A stretch of DNA of 32,000 nt from Gemmata obscuriglobus (GTDB lineage: Bacteria; Planctomycetota; Planctomycetia; Gemmatales; Gemmataceae), in contig NZ_CP042911.1 in the NCBI RefSeq assembly GCF_008065095.1, positions 1,950,001 through 1,982,000 of the forward strand, read 5' to 3'. Below, one piece after another: positions 8,546 to 15,764 of this stretch. Below the pieces are notes generated by a model. It was not told the origin of the DNA. It searched no databases and saw only the letters and a program-made list of their open reading frames with translations. How positions within the stretch are numbered: position 1 is the first letter of the stretch; each line of letters opens with the position of its first letter. The position numbers were made by a program, and so were the translations under genes.

Positions 8546-8785
8546 CGGGAATCTCGCCCTGGGCGTCTTGCAAAAACTGCGAACCGTTCGCAGGGAGTTG
8601 CCGGTAGTAACGCAGCGATCGTGCCAGTCGGCGGGTGAAAAGCCGCAGAACGTGCGGTCGCCGGATCGTCGACCTTATTATCGAAACACCTTCCACATTT
8701 TCGCCTATGTGAGCTTGCTGCCCAGCTTACCCAGGCGAACCGGTCGGATGCCCGGGGCGTCCGTCGTTTTTCCGGAGAACCGCTG

Positions 8786-9412
8786 ATGTACACACCGCCG
8801 CACTTCGCCGAAGACGACCGAGACGCGCTTCACGACCTGATCGAGCGCTACAGTTTCGGGCTGCTCGTGTCGCGAGTTGCGGGCGAGCCGTTCGCCACCC
8901 ACCTGCCCTTTCTGCTCGACCGCACTGCGGGGCCGTACGGAACGCTCGTCGGACACGTGGCCCGAGCGAACCCGCACTGGCACGACCTGACCGCGGAACC
9001 GGTCCTGGTGGTGTTCAGCGGTCCGCACGCCTACATCTCGCCCGCGTGGTACGAGACCGAGTACGCCGTGCCGACGTGGAACTACGTCGCGGTCCACGCC
9101 ACCGGCCGCGCCGCGCTGGTCGAGGACCACACGGAACTGCTCGACATCGTGCGCCGGAGCGTGAGCTACTACGAAGCGGTGCGCCCGAACCCGTGGGCGC
9201 TGAACGAGTCCGGGCCGTTCGTGGAGCGGTTGCTCCCGCAAATCGTCGGCTTCCGGATCGAGATCGAGCGGCTCGAAGGGAAGAAGAAGTTGAGCCAGAA
9301 CCACCCGCGCGAGCGCCGCGAGAAGGTGATTCAGGCGCTGGAGTTGGACGGCAGCGCAGACGCGGTATCGGTCGCCGCGCTGATGCGCGACACGCTCTCG
9401 AAACCGGCCTGA
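8786..9412 (+). CDS. paiB: FMN-binding negative transcriptional regulator PaiB family protein
   Basis: The N-terminus MYTPPHFAEDDRDALHDLIERYSFGLLVS, the ...GHVARANPHW... segment and ...KLSQNHP... are hallmark PaiB motifs. The length is 208 aa. Confidence 0.85.
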   Translation: MYTPPHFAEDDRDALHDLIERYSFGLLVSRVAGEPFATHLPFLLDRTAGPYGTLVGHVARANPHWHDLTAEPVLVVFSGPHAYISPAWYETEYAVPTWNYVAVHATGRAALVEDHTELLDIVRRSVSYYEAVRPNPWALNESGPFVERLLPQIVGFRIEIERLEGKKKLSQNHPRERREKVIQALELDGSADAVSVAALMRDTLSKPA

Positions 9413-10374
9413 CACTCCAGAGCGGCGAACAGCCCGCTCACGCTCTCGATGCGCTTGACGCGGTCGAAGTGCGCGAAGCTCCCGAACTGCGACGCGAGCC
9501 GCAACCACTGCTTGAGCCGGCTCACGTTCTTGTCGGACCGGAGCATGTCGAAGCGGTGCGACCACTCGACCAGATTCCGCAGTTGCGCGGCCCAATCGAA
9601 CGGCTCGTCGGTCTCCTCAACGGGTGGCACCAGCCCGAGTTCGGCCGCAACACGGCGGGCGAGCCGCGGGTCGGCGAGCGCGCCGCGACCGAGCATGAAG
9701 TGTTTGCACCCGGTCACGTCGCGGCACCGTTTGAAATCCTCGACGGTCCAGATGTCGCCGTTCGCGACAACCGGGATGCCGAGCCGCTCGCGCACCCGCC
9801 CAATGGGCTCCCAGTGGATCGGCGGCGCGTACCCCGCGACCCGCGTTCGTCCGTGAATGGTGATCCACGCCGCCCCGCCCTCCGCGGCCATCGTGGCGTT
9901 CTCGTGGATGGCGTCGAGTGTGTCCCAGCCGAGCCGTAGCTTTGCCGAAACGGGAACGTGGGGCGGGAGCGCCGCGCGGATGGCCCCGACGATCTCACGA
10001 ATCCGCAAGGGGTGCCGCAGGAGGGCCGCGCCGCCGTCGTGCCGGTTCACGGTCGGGGCCGGGCACCCGAAGTTCACATCAACGGCGGTCGCCCCGAGTT
10101 CGTGAGCGCGGACCGCCGACTCTGCCATCCGCCCCGAATCCCCGCCGAGGAGTTGCACCTGAACCGGCAGCCCCGTGAGGGTGGCCGCACCGGTGCGGAG
10201 TTCGGGCACGTGGTCGTGGAACACGTGCCGCGGCGGAACCGCGTGGCTGACCCGCAGGAACTCGGTAACGGCGTAGGTGAACGCGCCGGTCGCCCCCTGA
10301 ACGGCCCGCATGGGCGCGTCAGTGACGCCTTCCATCGGCGCGAGCGCGAGCGCTGGTGTATCCGGGTGGAGCAT
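9331..10374 (-). CDS. tRNA-dihydrouridine synthase (Dus family, DusC-like)
   Basis: It contains LAPMEGVTDAPMR, VDVNFGCP (the catalytic Cys region), TIHGRTR and ANGDI motifs. The 3' end overlaps paiB convergently by 82 bp. Confidence 0.85.
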   Translation of the reverse strand: MLHPDTPALALAPMEGVTDAPMRAVQGATGAFTYAVTEFLRVSHAVPPRHVFHDHVPELRTGAATLTGLPVQVQLLGGDSGRMAESAVRAHELGATAVDVNFGCPAPTVNRHDGGAALLRHPLRIREIVGAIRAALPPHVPVSAKLRLGWDTLDAIHENATMAAEGGAAWITIHGRTRVAGYAPPIHWEPIGRVRERLGIPVVANGDIWTVEDFKRCRDVTGCKHFMLGRGALADPRLARRVAAELGLVPPVEETDEPFDWAAQLRNLVEWSHRFDMLRSDKNVSRLKQWLRLASQFGSFAHFDRVKRIESVSGLFAALECQAGFESVSRISAATDTASALPSNSSA

Positions 10375-10577
10375 GGGTGTAGTGTACCGCGCCCCGCGCC
10401 CTGCGAAGTGATTGCCCGGTCGGGCCGTGCGCCAGAAACCGGCCCCGCACCCTGGTCTCTTGGTGTTATGTTTTTAGAATTCGTAACACAGATGGGCGGG
10501 TAGACCTCACCTCTGATTAGCTTCCGTCCCCGACTCCAGCGGTTGCCGTCCCGGCGCACGGCCTGAGGACGAACACG

Positions 10578-10679
10578 ATGGGCTATTACCGCCCGGTGCC
10601 GCGGCGGCCGTTCAACCCCGTTCTCGCGCTCGTGGCCGCTGCCGTGCTGGTGGTAGTGGTCTTGCTCTCGCGCCCGTGA
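10578..10679 (+). CDS. possible 33-aa single-pass membrane peptide
   Basis: The translation is MGYYRPVPRRPFNPVLALVAAAVLVVVVLLSRP, preceded by a GAGGA motif. It is too short to be confident. Confidence 0.2.
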   Translation: MGYYRPVPRRPFNPVLALVAAAVLVVVVLLSRP

Positions 10680-10796
10680 CGGGTGATGTTCCGCGAACGG
10701 TTACAAGTGCGCGATTTGGTCTTTTGTGCTTGTGACATAGAAATTCCAGTCTGCGCCACAAGAAACAGACACAGTCTATCGATTATGTTGTTGAAA

Positions 10797-11040
10797 CTAC
10801 TCCTCGGACGCCGCGGCTCCAGTTACGCCGAGCTGGTAGGCGGATACGCGGCGCTCGAAGAAGTTGGTCAGCTCCTGCACGTCTTGCAGGTCCATGAAGC
10901 CGAACGGATTCTTGGTCCCGAACACGGGGGCGATGCCGAGCGACTCCAACCGCCGGTCCGCTGCGTACTCCGGGTAGCTGCGGAGGTCCCTACACGACAA
11001 CCCGGCCACGCCCAACCGCCACTCGCGGCGGCGAGCCGCG
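10797..11040 (-). pseudogene. nrdB: 5'-truncated duplicate of the nrdB 3' end (last ~75-80 codons)
   Basis: GVAGLSCRDLRSYPEYAADRRLESLGIAPVFGTKNPFGFMDLQDVQELTNFFERRVSAYQLGVTGA aligns with the C-terminus of the intact nrdB (16285-16530). By eye I count about 11 mismatches over about 168 nt in the core, including a 58-nt identical block. There is no upstream nrdB sequence and no start. Confidence 0.85.
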
Positions 11041-11136
11041 CGGACCAGCTACGGGCACCATGTGGAGCCCGACACACGGGCTTCACCACTGCGGACCACA
11101 CGCCCACCGCCGCCCGCGCTGCAGAACGCGAGGGCG

Positions 11137-11215
11137 GCCGAACAATGAACTCACCTGCACCGCCATCATCGGATGAGCGGTGCGTTCCAAGTCAGCCGGC
11201 GGCGCCCGGTTCGGC
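11137..11215 (-). repeat. attC-like repeat R1 (distal end of array; inner right arm partly deleted)
   Basis: It reads GCCGAAC-aatgaac-tcacctgcaccgcc...ggatgagcggtg...gccggcggcg-cccg-GTTCGGC. The stop of cassette A lies inside it. Confidence 0.65.
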
Positions 11216-11611
11216 GCCTGGGGCCACGCCGTCAGGCCGCGCCCGCCGACGCAACGGTCCCCGCCCCTTGAGACCGGCGACCGGTGCTCGCTCCGCCGGT
11301 TCGTCTACCTCGCCGGGCGGGAGCACCCGGAGGGACAGCACGTCGCCCGCCCGCAACTCCCCGCCGAGCCATTCCAACGTCTCGGACCGAGTCGTGTCAA
11401 GCGCCCCCAGTCCGTACTCGAACTCGCCCCCGGCCCACGACTCGGGAGTGAACCCCGGAGTGGCCAGCATCTCAGGAGTCAGCCGCGCCGGGTCGCGGCG
11501 CGCCCACGACAAGAAGAAATCCATCAGCCCGAGGTCGCTAACGGCCGCAGTCGTTACCACCCGCCCGTTCACCGACACCTCCAGCCGGTTGTTCTGCCCG
11601 CTCGACGACAT
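11192..11611 (-). CDS. cassette A hypothetical protein (139 aa)
   Basis: The ATG at 11611 follows a GGAGG with a 9-nt spacer and lies 32 nt from repeat R2. The product begins MSSSGQNNRLEVSVNGRVV.... The longer tracked ORF (to 11989) runs through R2 and cassette B. Confidence 0.55.
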   Translation of the reverse strand: MSSSGQNNRLEVSVNGRVVTTAAVSDLGLMDFFLSWARRDPARLTPEMLATPGFTPESWAGGEFEYGLGALDTTRSETLEWLGGELRAGDVLSLRVLPPGEVDEPAERAPVAGLKGRGPLRRRARPDGVAPGAEPGAAG

Positions 11612-11643
11612 CCGCTGCGGCCTCCATAACTCTCGAGTTCCTT

Positions 11644-11736
11644 GCCGGCCATAAAGCTCACCAGCCGCGCCACCCGCGTTCGGTGCTGGAAACAACCTCT
11701 GCGCCGCGGTCCGGTGCGGCGTCGGGTTGGGCCGGC
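11644..11736 (-). repeat. attC-like repeat R2 (degenerate)
   Basis: gccggccataaagctcaccagccgcgcc...ggtccggtgcggcgtcgggttgggccggc aligns with both arms of the consensus. The cores have mutated to GCCGGCC/GGCCGGC. Confidence 0.5.
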
Positions 11737-12263
11737 TACCTCTCGCTCTGGAGGGCGTAGTCCAGCCCCAGCCCCCGAAGCGCGGCTTCGTCGAGGGGTT
11801 GCTTGTCTGCCGCATCCAGGAGGCTCGGCCGCCACGACCCGCCCCCGAATACCCACGACCCGCCCCGGACGCGGGCGGCCGCACCCTCGTACCAGGCGAC
11901 CCGCCACCGGCCGGTGGCCCCGCCGAGCAGCACCCCGACCCGCACGGCGCTCGCCCAGCGCACCGACCCCCCGTGCGGGCCGGCTTCACCGCCCCAACGA
12001 TAGCTGGCGGTACACCTGTCGGGGTGCATCGTGAACGGGAACACCTTGGCGAGCGACCAGGGCATCAGCACCGGGCCGCCGGGCCGGTCGGCGACCAGGC
12101 ACACGAACGCCGTGTCGGCCGGTACGTCCCGCACCTCGACGGCAACCTCGTCGTAGGGGTATAAGTACAGACGGACGAAGTACCCGAGGGCCAAGACGGC
12201 AGTAACGCCGATGGCGCGACCGGCCTTCAACCGCCACCTCGAGCGCTCCCGCTTTGCGTCCAC
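11736..12263 (-). CDS. cassette B N-terminally membrane-anchored hypothetical protein (~175 aa)
   Basis: The GTG at 12263 lies 5-6 nt after a GAGGG. The N-terminus is basic, followed by the hydrophobic helix AIGVTAVLALGYFVRLYLY. The TAG stop abuts R2. Confidence 0.55.
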   Translation of the reverse strand: MDAKRERSRWRLKAGRAIGVTAVLALGYFVRLYLYPYDEVAVEVRDVPADTAFVCLVADRPGGPVLMPWSLAKVFPFTMHPDRCTASYRWGGEAGPHGGSVRWASAVRVGVLLGGATGRWRVAWYEGAAARVRGGSWVFGGGSWRPSLLDAADKQPLDEAALRGLGLDYALQSER

Positions 12264-12278
12264 AGGCGCCCTCGGGTG

Positions 12279-12368
12279 GCCGAAAACCAAGCTCACCAGC
12301 ACCGCCCCCTACAAGCGAGCGATGCGCCCCGATCCGCGGGCGGTGTCGGGTGCCGCGCCGGGTTCGGC
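12279..12368 (-). repeat. attC-like repeat R3
   Basis: It reads GCCGAAA-accaagc-tcaccagcaccgcc...gcgggcggtgtcgggtg-ccgcgccgg-GTTCGGC. Confidence 0.65.
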
Positions 12369-12377
12369 CTACTCGCG

Positions 12378-12812
12378 CTAAGTGTAACCGAACGGCCTGA
12401 GCATCTCCAGGAACGCATCCGACTTCTGCGGCGGACAGGCCAGAACCGCGGCGACGAACTCTTCGGGCGGCTGGTACTGATGGTCCTCGACGTAATGGAC
12501 GATCAACTCCGGCGCGACGTACACCACCGACATGGACGGGATCCAGAAGTTCCGCGCGCCGCCGGCGCGGTCGGCCCCCGGAGCGGGGTGCGAGCAAAGC
12601 TCACAGAAGTGCGGCCCCATCGCCAGTACCGGCTGCCAGGAGTCGTAGGCGTGCGCGCGAAGGGCGGCCGAGAAGCCCGGTGGCACGGGGCCGGTGGGGA
12701 ACGAGTGGTCCGGGTGAAGCCACCCGACCGCGCGAACGTGGTCGCCTCGATCCACTTGGCACGTCGTCCCGAGATCTGGGAAGAACATGGCGACAACCTC
12801 GCAGTTCGGCAC
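12378..12812 (-). CDS. cassette C hypothetical protein (144 aa) with an HFCELC motif
   Basis: The composition looks coding (…VYVAPELIVHYVEDHQYQPPEEFVAAVLACP…). The stop lies 9 nt from R3. The start is the ATG at 12812 or the Met 8 codons further in. Confidence 0.6.
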   Translation of the reverse strand: MPNCEVVAMFFPDLGTTCQVDRGDHVRAVGWLHPDHSFPTGPVPPGFSAALRAHAYDSWQPVLAMGPHFCELCSHPAPGADRAGGARNFWIPSMSVVYVAPELIVHYVEDHQYQPPEEFVAAVLACPPQKSDAFLEMLRPFGYT

Positions 12813-12831
12813 GGCAAGTGGCCTTCTGGTG

Positions 12832-12927
12832 GCCGAACGATGAACAAACCTGCCGGCGGGGCTGAGTGAGCTGTGAACCTGGAAAAGCTTACATGCCCCG
12901 CCGGTCTGGGGCGGCGCTTGGGGCGGC
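12832..12927 (-). repeat. attC-like repeat R3b (divergent)
   Basis: It starts with the conserved GCCGAAC-gatgaac. It has its own inner stem (cctgccggcgggg / ccccgccggtctgg). The right core has degenerated (cttggggcggc). Confidence 0.45.
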
Positions 12928-12936
12928 GTCTGCGGC

Positions 12937-13242
12937 TCACCCCGCCGGCCGTCGGCAGTGCGGGCAGCACAGGTCGGTGAAGTCGTCAGGGCTGATGCCG
13001 CCGCCCTCGTTCCCGGACTCCGGGATGACGACCACCACCGGCCCGTGAGCCGGGCAGGTGAGGGCGGCGAACGCCCCGCCCGGCTCGGCTTCCACCCCGG
13101 ACCACCCGCACCACGGGCACTCGGTCACTGGTGGCCCGCCCGCGGTGGCGACGAGTTGGAGCCAGTTGCACTCCGGGCACCGGAGCCGCGACACCGGGTG
13201 GGCGGTCACGGGTTGGTGCCGCCAACCAGACGCTTCCGCCAT
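12937..13242 (-). CDS. cassette D Cys-rich zinc-ribbon-like protein (101 aa)
   Basis: It has CPECNW, CPWCGW, CPAHG and CCPHCRR pairs. The ATG at 13242 is preceded by GTTCGGC-GGAGGG-cgcacgg, that is, the repeat core, then the Shine-Dalgarno motif, then the start. Confidence 0.6.
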   Translation of the reverse strand: MAEASGWRHQPVTAHPVSRLRCPECNWLQLVATAGGPPVTECPWCGWSGVEAEPGGAFAALTCPAHGPVVVVIPESGNEGGGISPDDFTDLCCPHCRRPAG

Positions 13243-13255
13243 CCGTGCGCCCTCC

Positions 13256-13346
13256 GCCGAACGATGAACTCACCTGCGCCGCCACCACCGGATGAGCGGT
13301 GCGTCCCGAATCCGCGGGCGGTTTCAGGTGCCGCGCCGAGTTCGGC
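13256..13346 (-). repeat. attC-like repeat R4
   Basis: It reads GCCGAAC-gatgaac-tcacctgcgccgcc-accaccggatgagcggtgcgt...gcgggcggtttcaggtg-ccgcgccga-GTTCGGC. Confidence 0.7.
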
Positions 13347-13485
13347 TCGTCTTTGAGCGGTTCTCACGCTGCATCAGGCGAGTAAGTGGTGCGATGGTCG
13401 GCAAGGACATCTGCCCTCGTGATGCCACCGAACACACGGGCGAACTCGCTAATCAAATCCCTTACAGAGACTAACTCCCCCTCGA

Positions 13486-13911
13486 TCAGGAATTTGAGGT
13501 CCGGCGGTGTGACCCAATCCCCGCAATCGAATTTTCAGCGTGAACTGGAACGGACTTGCCGCGAAGTTCCTGCTTGGCAAACGGCATCCGGAGGAAGCCT
13601 AACCGGTGTTTGAGTCCGTGCAGCTCCTGTACAACTCGCTGAGAAAAACACTGCTTTGCTTGGCACATGGTCCGGACGATTTCGTAGGCTCCGATTACCC
13701 ATAACCAGATTCGGCCGTAGCAGCAACTGATATCGATGCTCAGCACCGCCCCTTTCCCTGTCTCAACGTTCGGCGAAATGCCAGTGTCGAGCCGCGCAAG
13801 AATTTCCACACCCAGCTCTCGAATTATTCGACTTTGGCTATCGACATATATAGAGAAAATGACGAGTGGATTATTGTTGAGCATATCCTCAGCGATTGAG
13901 GTTGCTTCCAT
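13486..13911 (-). CDS. cassette E hypothetical protein; low-GC, probably frameshifted (reading continues to 13364 in another frame)
   Basis: A GAGGA motif precedes the ATG at 13911. This region is markedly lower in GC than its neighbours. A second frame, open from 13534 to 13367, encodes DWVTPPDLKFLIEGELVSVRDLISEFARVFGGITRADVLADHRTTYSPDAA and stops 18 nt from R4. Confidence 0.5.
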   Translation of the reverse strand: MEATSIAEDMLNNNPLVIFSIYVDSQSRIIRELGVEILARLDTGISPNVETGKGAVLSIDISCCYGRIWLWVIGAYEIVRTMCQAKQCFSQRVVQELHGLKHRLGFLRMPFAKQELRGKSVPVHAENSIAGIGSHRRTSNS

Positions 13912-13989
13912 TTCAGAGTCCTCGCAGTTGACTTGGTTGCCTTAAACTAAATGGAGCCTCCCAAACAAAGCAAGGTTCGCCTTTCTCTT

Positions 13990-14080
13990 GCCGAACAATG
14001 AACTCACCGGCACTGCCATCATCCGATAAGCGGTGCGTCCCAACTCAGCCGGCGGTGTCAGGCGCAGCGCCGGGTTCGGC
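13990..14080 (-). repeat. attC-like repeat R5
   Basis: It reads GCCGAAC-aatgaac-tcaccggcactgcc...gccggcggtgtcaggcg-cagcgccgg-GTTCGGC. Confidence 0.7.
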
Positions 14081-14134
14081 CATGCCCCCACATGTCGGTG
14101 ACATCACTCAGATGTCCCGCTACCTGGTTCGGGG

Positions 14135-14524
14135 TCACCCGCGTCCCTGCCGCAGACGCTCCAACTCCTCTCGCAACCGCCGGTTCTCCGCCTCCAGTGA
14201 AGTCATGGTGTCGGTGGCGGGTGCGGGCCGCTCTGCGTACCTCACGATCCGGTCCTCGGTGAAGTACACTCCGGTCCACATACTCGTCTTGCAGTGGGCC
14301 TCGTGCTCATTGCCGTCGCGGTCGAGGTAACGGACGCCGTAGATGCGGTCGCTCTTCTCGCCGAACCAGCCGGGGCCAAAAGGTGACCAACTCGAGTCCA
14401 GCACCTTGCCGCCCCGCTCTTCGACGTACTGCCTGATCCGGTCGTGGTCCATCCCCCCGGCCGCGAGCCGGATCATGATGCCGACCACGATCACGACAGG
14501 GATGAGTAGGAAGAAACCTTCCAC
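14135..14524 (-). CDS. cassette F small membrane-anchored protein with C-terminal coiled coil (129 aa)
   Basis: The GTG at 14524 lies 7 nt after AGGGGG, just past R6. It has a transmembrane helix (FFLLIPVVIVVGIMI), then DHDRIRQYVEERGGKV...CKTSMWTGVYFTED, then LEAENRRLREELERL. The longer tracked ORF runs through R6. Confidence 0.55.
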   Translation of the reverse strand: MEGFFLLIPVVIVVGIMIRLAAGGMDHDRIRQYVEERGGKVLDSSWSPFGPGWFGEKSDRIYGVRYLDRDGNEHEAHCKTSMWTGVYFTEDRIVRYAERPAPATDTMTSLEAENRRLREELERLRQGRG

Positions 14525-14541
14525 CGCTGCGCCCCCTAGTG

Positions 14542-14633
14542 GCTGAACATCAAACCCGCCGACACCGCCACCGCTCGGATGAGCGGTGTGTCCCAAGTCT
14601 GCCGGCGGTGTCAGGTGCCGCGACGGGTTCGGC
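14542..14633 (-). repeat. attC-like repeat R6
   Basis: It reads GCTGAAC-atcaaac-ccgccgacaccgcc...ggatgagcggtg...gccggcggtgtcaggtg-ccgcgacgg-GTTCGGC. Confidence 0.65.
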
Positions 14634-14645
14634 CGCCGGAGGATG

Positions 14646-15029
14646 CTACCCTCTTCGCTTGGCGACGGGACAGCCAAGCAGCGACGGCAACTCCCGCTCC
14701 AACGCGCTCACCAACGGCGACGCCTCTGCCGCCCAGAAGACTGACACGTCGGTAGTCGCGCCCGCCAGCGCTCCGGTGAGGAACGCCCACTCGCCGGCGT
14801 CCCTGATCTCGTGGACCTGAGTGACGTTAACACCGACCACAGTGCCGCGGGCCTCGCCCCACGACCACTCGCCGCACCAGTTCCGCTCACCGTCGTACTC
14901 GAACGCGGGCAGGCCAAGCGCCTCGCCCCGCCAGCCCGCGAGCAACTCACAGACCCGATCGAGGTCACACCCAGCCACGGCGAAGTGACGGGCGGATGTG
15001 TACCGGGGATCGCTCCCAATCGCTACCAC
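14646..15029 (-). CDS. cassette G hypothetical cytoplasmic protein (127 aa)
   Basis: The GTG at 15029 lies 9 nt after GGGGGAGGG, directly following the R7 core. The TAG stop lies 12 nt from R6. The tracked N-terminus (MTAVLVSSSFGGGG) is a translated repeat. Confidence 0.5.
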   Translation of the reverse strand: MVAIGSDPRYTSARHFAVAGCDLDRVCELLAGWRGEALGLPAFEYDGERNWCGEWSWGEARGTVVGVNVTQVHEIRDAGEWAFLTGALAGATTDVSVFWAAEASPLVSALERELPSLLGCPVAKRRG

Positions 15030-15047
15030 GCCGCGAAGCCCTCCCCC

Positions 15048-15138
15048 GCCGAACGATGAACTCACCAACACCGCCGTCACCGGATGAGAGAAGCGTCCCG
15101 AATCAGCCGGCGGTGTCAGGTGCCGCGCCGGGTTCGGC
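15048..15138 (-). repeat. attC-like repeat R7
   Basis: It reads GCCGAAC-gatgaac-tcaccaacaccgcc...gccggcggtgtcaggtg-ccgcgccgg-GTTCGGC. Confidence 0.7.
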
Positions 15139-15236
15139 TCTCCACGTTACCCCTTGCCCAGCACCAGGTCCACCACCCGGCACCCGCGGACGTGAGGCGC
15201 CGGGCCGCGGCAGTGTTTCTAGGAGGGGTGAACGGG

Positions 15237-15743
15237 CTACTTGGCCGGCGGGGTGTAGGGCTCGACCAGAGGGTAGGTACGCTTGTCGATCGTGACCGTG
15301 TCCCAGACGCGCAGCCACGGCGCGTCCGGCGTCACCCCGCCTCCGACCTTCAGCCCGGCGGTCGGATGGCGCAGCACGAACGTGCCGTAGCACAGGACCA
15401 GGCCCCCGCCCTGGACGGGCACCCAGTGGGACGGAGCGTGGACCAGCGCCCGCTCGGCGTCCAGGATCTGCACCACCCCGAACTCCCGCAGCGGGGTCGG
15501 CGCCTCCCCCTTGGCCTTCTCGTACCCGAGCGGGCCGGCGGTCCCCACCTTCATCTTCTCGGCGAACACGAACGGCACGGCCGTCACGTCCTCCAACCGC
15601 TTCAGCTCGGCCTCCTTGGCGGCGAGCTGCGCCCGCAGGTCGGCCACTTCCTTATGCAACTGCGCGGCCTTCTCCCTGCGGTCGGCACCGCCGGCCGTGG
15701 TGGCGAAACACACCAGCGACAGGGCACAGATCATTCGGAACAT
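15237..15743 (-). CDS. cassette H (promoter-proximal) secreted coiled-coil protein (168 aa)
   Basis: A strong AAGGAGG lies 5 nt before the ATG at 15743. The N-terminus MFRMICALSLVCFATTAGGA looks like a signal peptide, followed by a heptad-like segment (AQLHKEVADLRAQLAAKEAELKRLE). Confidence 0.7.
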   Translation of the reverse strand: MFRMICALSLVCFATTAGGADRREKAAQLHKEVADLRAQLAAKEAELKRLEDVTAVPFVFAEKMKVGTAGPLGYEKAKGEAPTPLREFGVVQILDAERALVHAPSHWVPVQGGGLVLCYGTFVLRHPTAGLKVGGGVTPDAPWLRVWDTVTIDKRTYPLVEPYTPPAK

Positions 15744-15764
15744 GTGAGCCTCCTTACAGTTGGT

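Noticed and set aside
8352-8696. A 114-aa minus-strand ORF lies in the intergenic zone before paiB.
   Set aside because: It is Arg-rich and poorly protein-like, with no ribosome-binding site. A different frame holds the more plausible 53-aa ORF, which I report only at low confidence.
10683-11654. This 323-aa plus-strand ORF and the 393-aa ORF at 16162-17343 share the segment YAELVGG..A.EEVGQLLHVLQVHEAERIL.
   Set aside because: Both are antisense translations of the two nrdB 3' copies. The similarity reflects the nrdB duplication, not a gene family on the plus strand.
11137-15138. The regularly spaced repeats might be a CRISPR array.
   Set aside because: The repeats are about 80-95 bp and are long imperfect palindromes that differ between copies. 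The intervals are 420-735 bp and each encodes a protein with its own ribosome-binding site. No cas genes or leader are present. The architecture fits attC-type cassettes, not CRISPR.
11141-15295. A family of plus-strand ORFs begins MNSPAPPxxDERCVP... (for example 12958-13356, 13998-14330 and 14996-15295, and within 10683-11654).
   Set aside because: The shared N-termini are simply translations of the attC-like repeat (gaacgATGAACTCACC...). Conservation is at the nucleotide level and follows the palindrome. Downstream parts are Arg/Pro-rich antisense reads of the minus-strand cassette ORFs.
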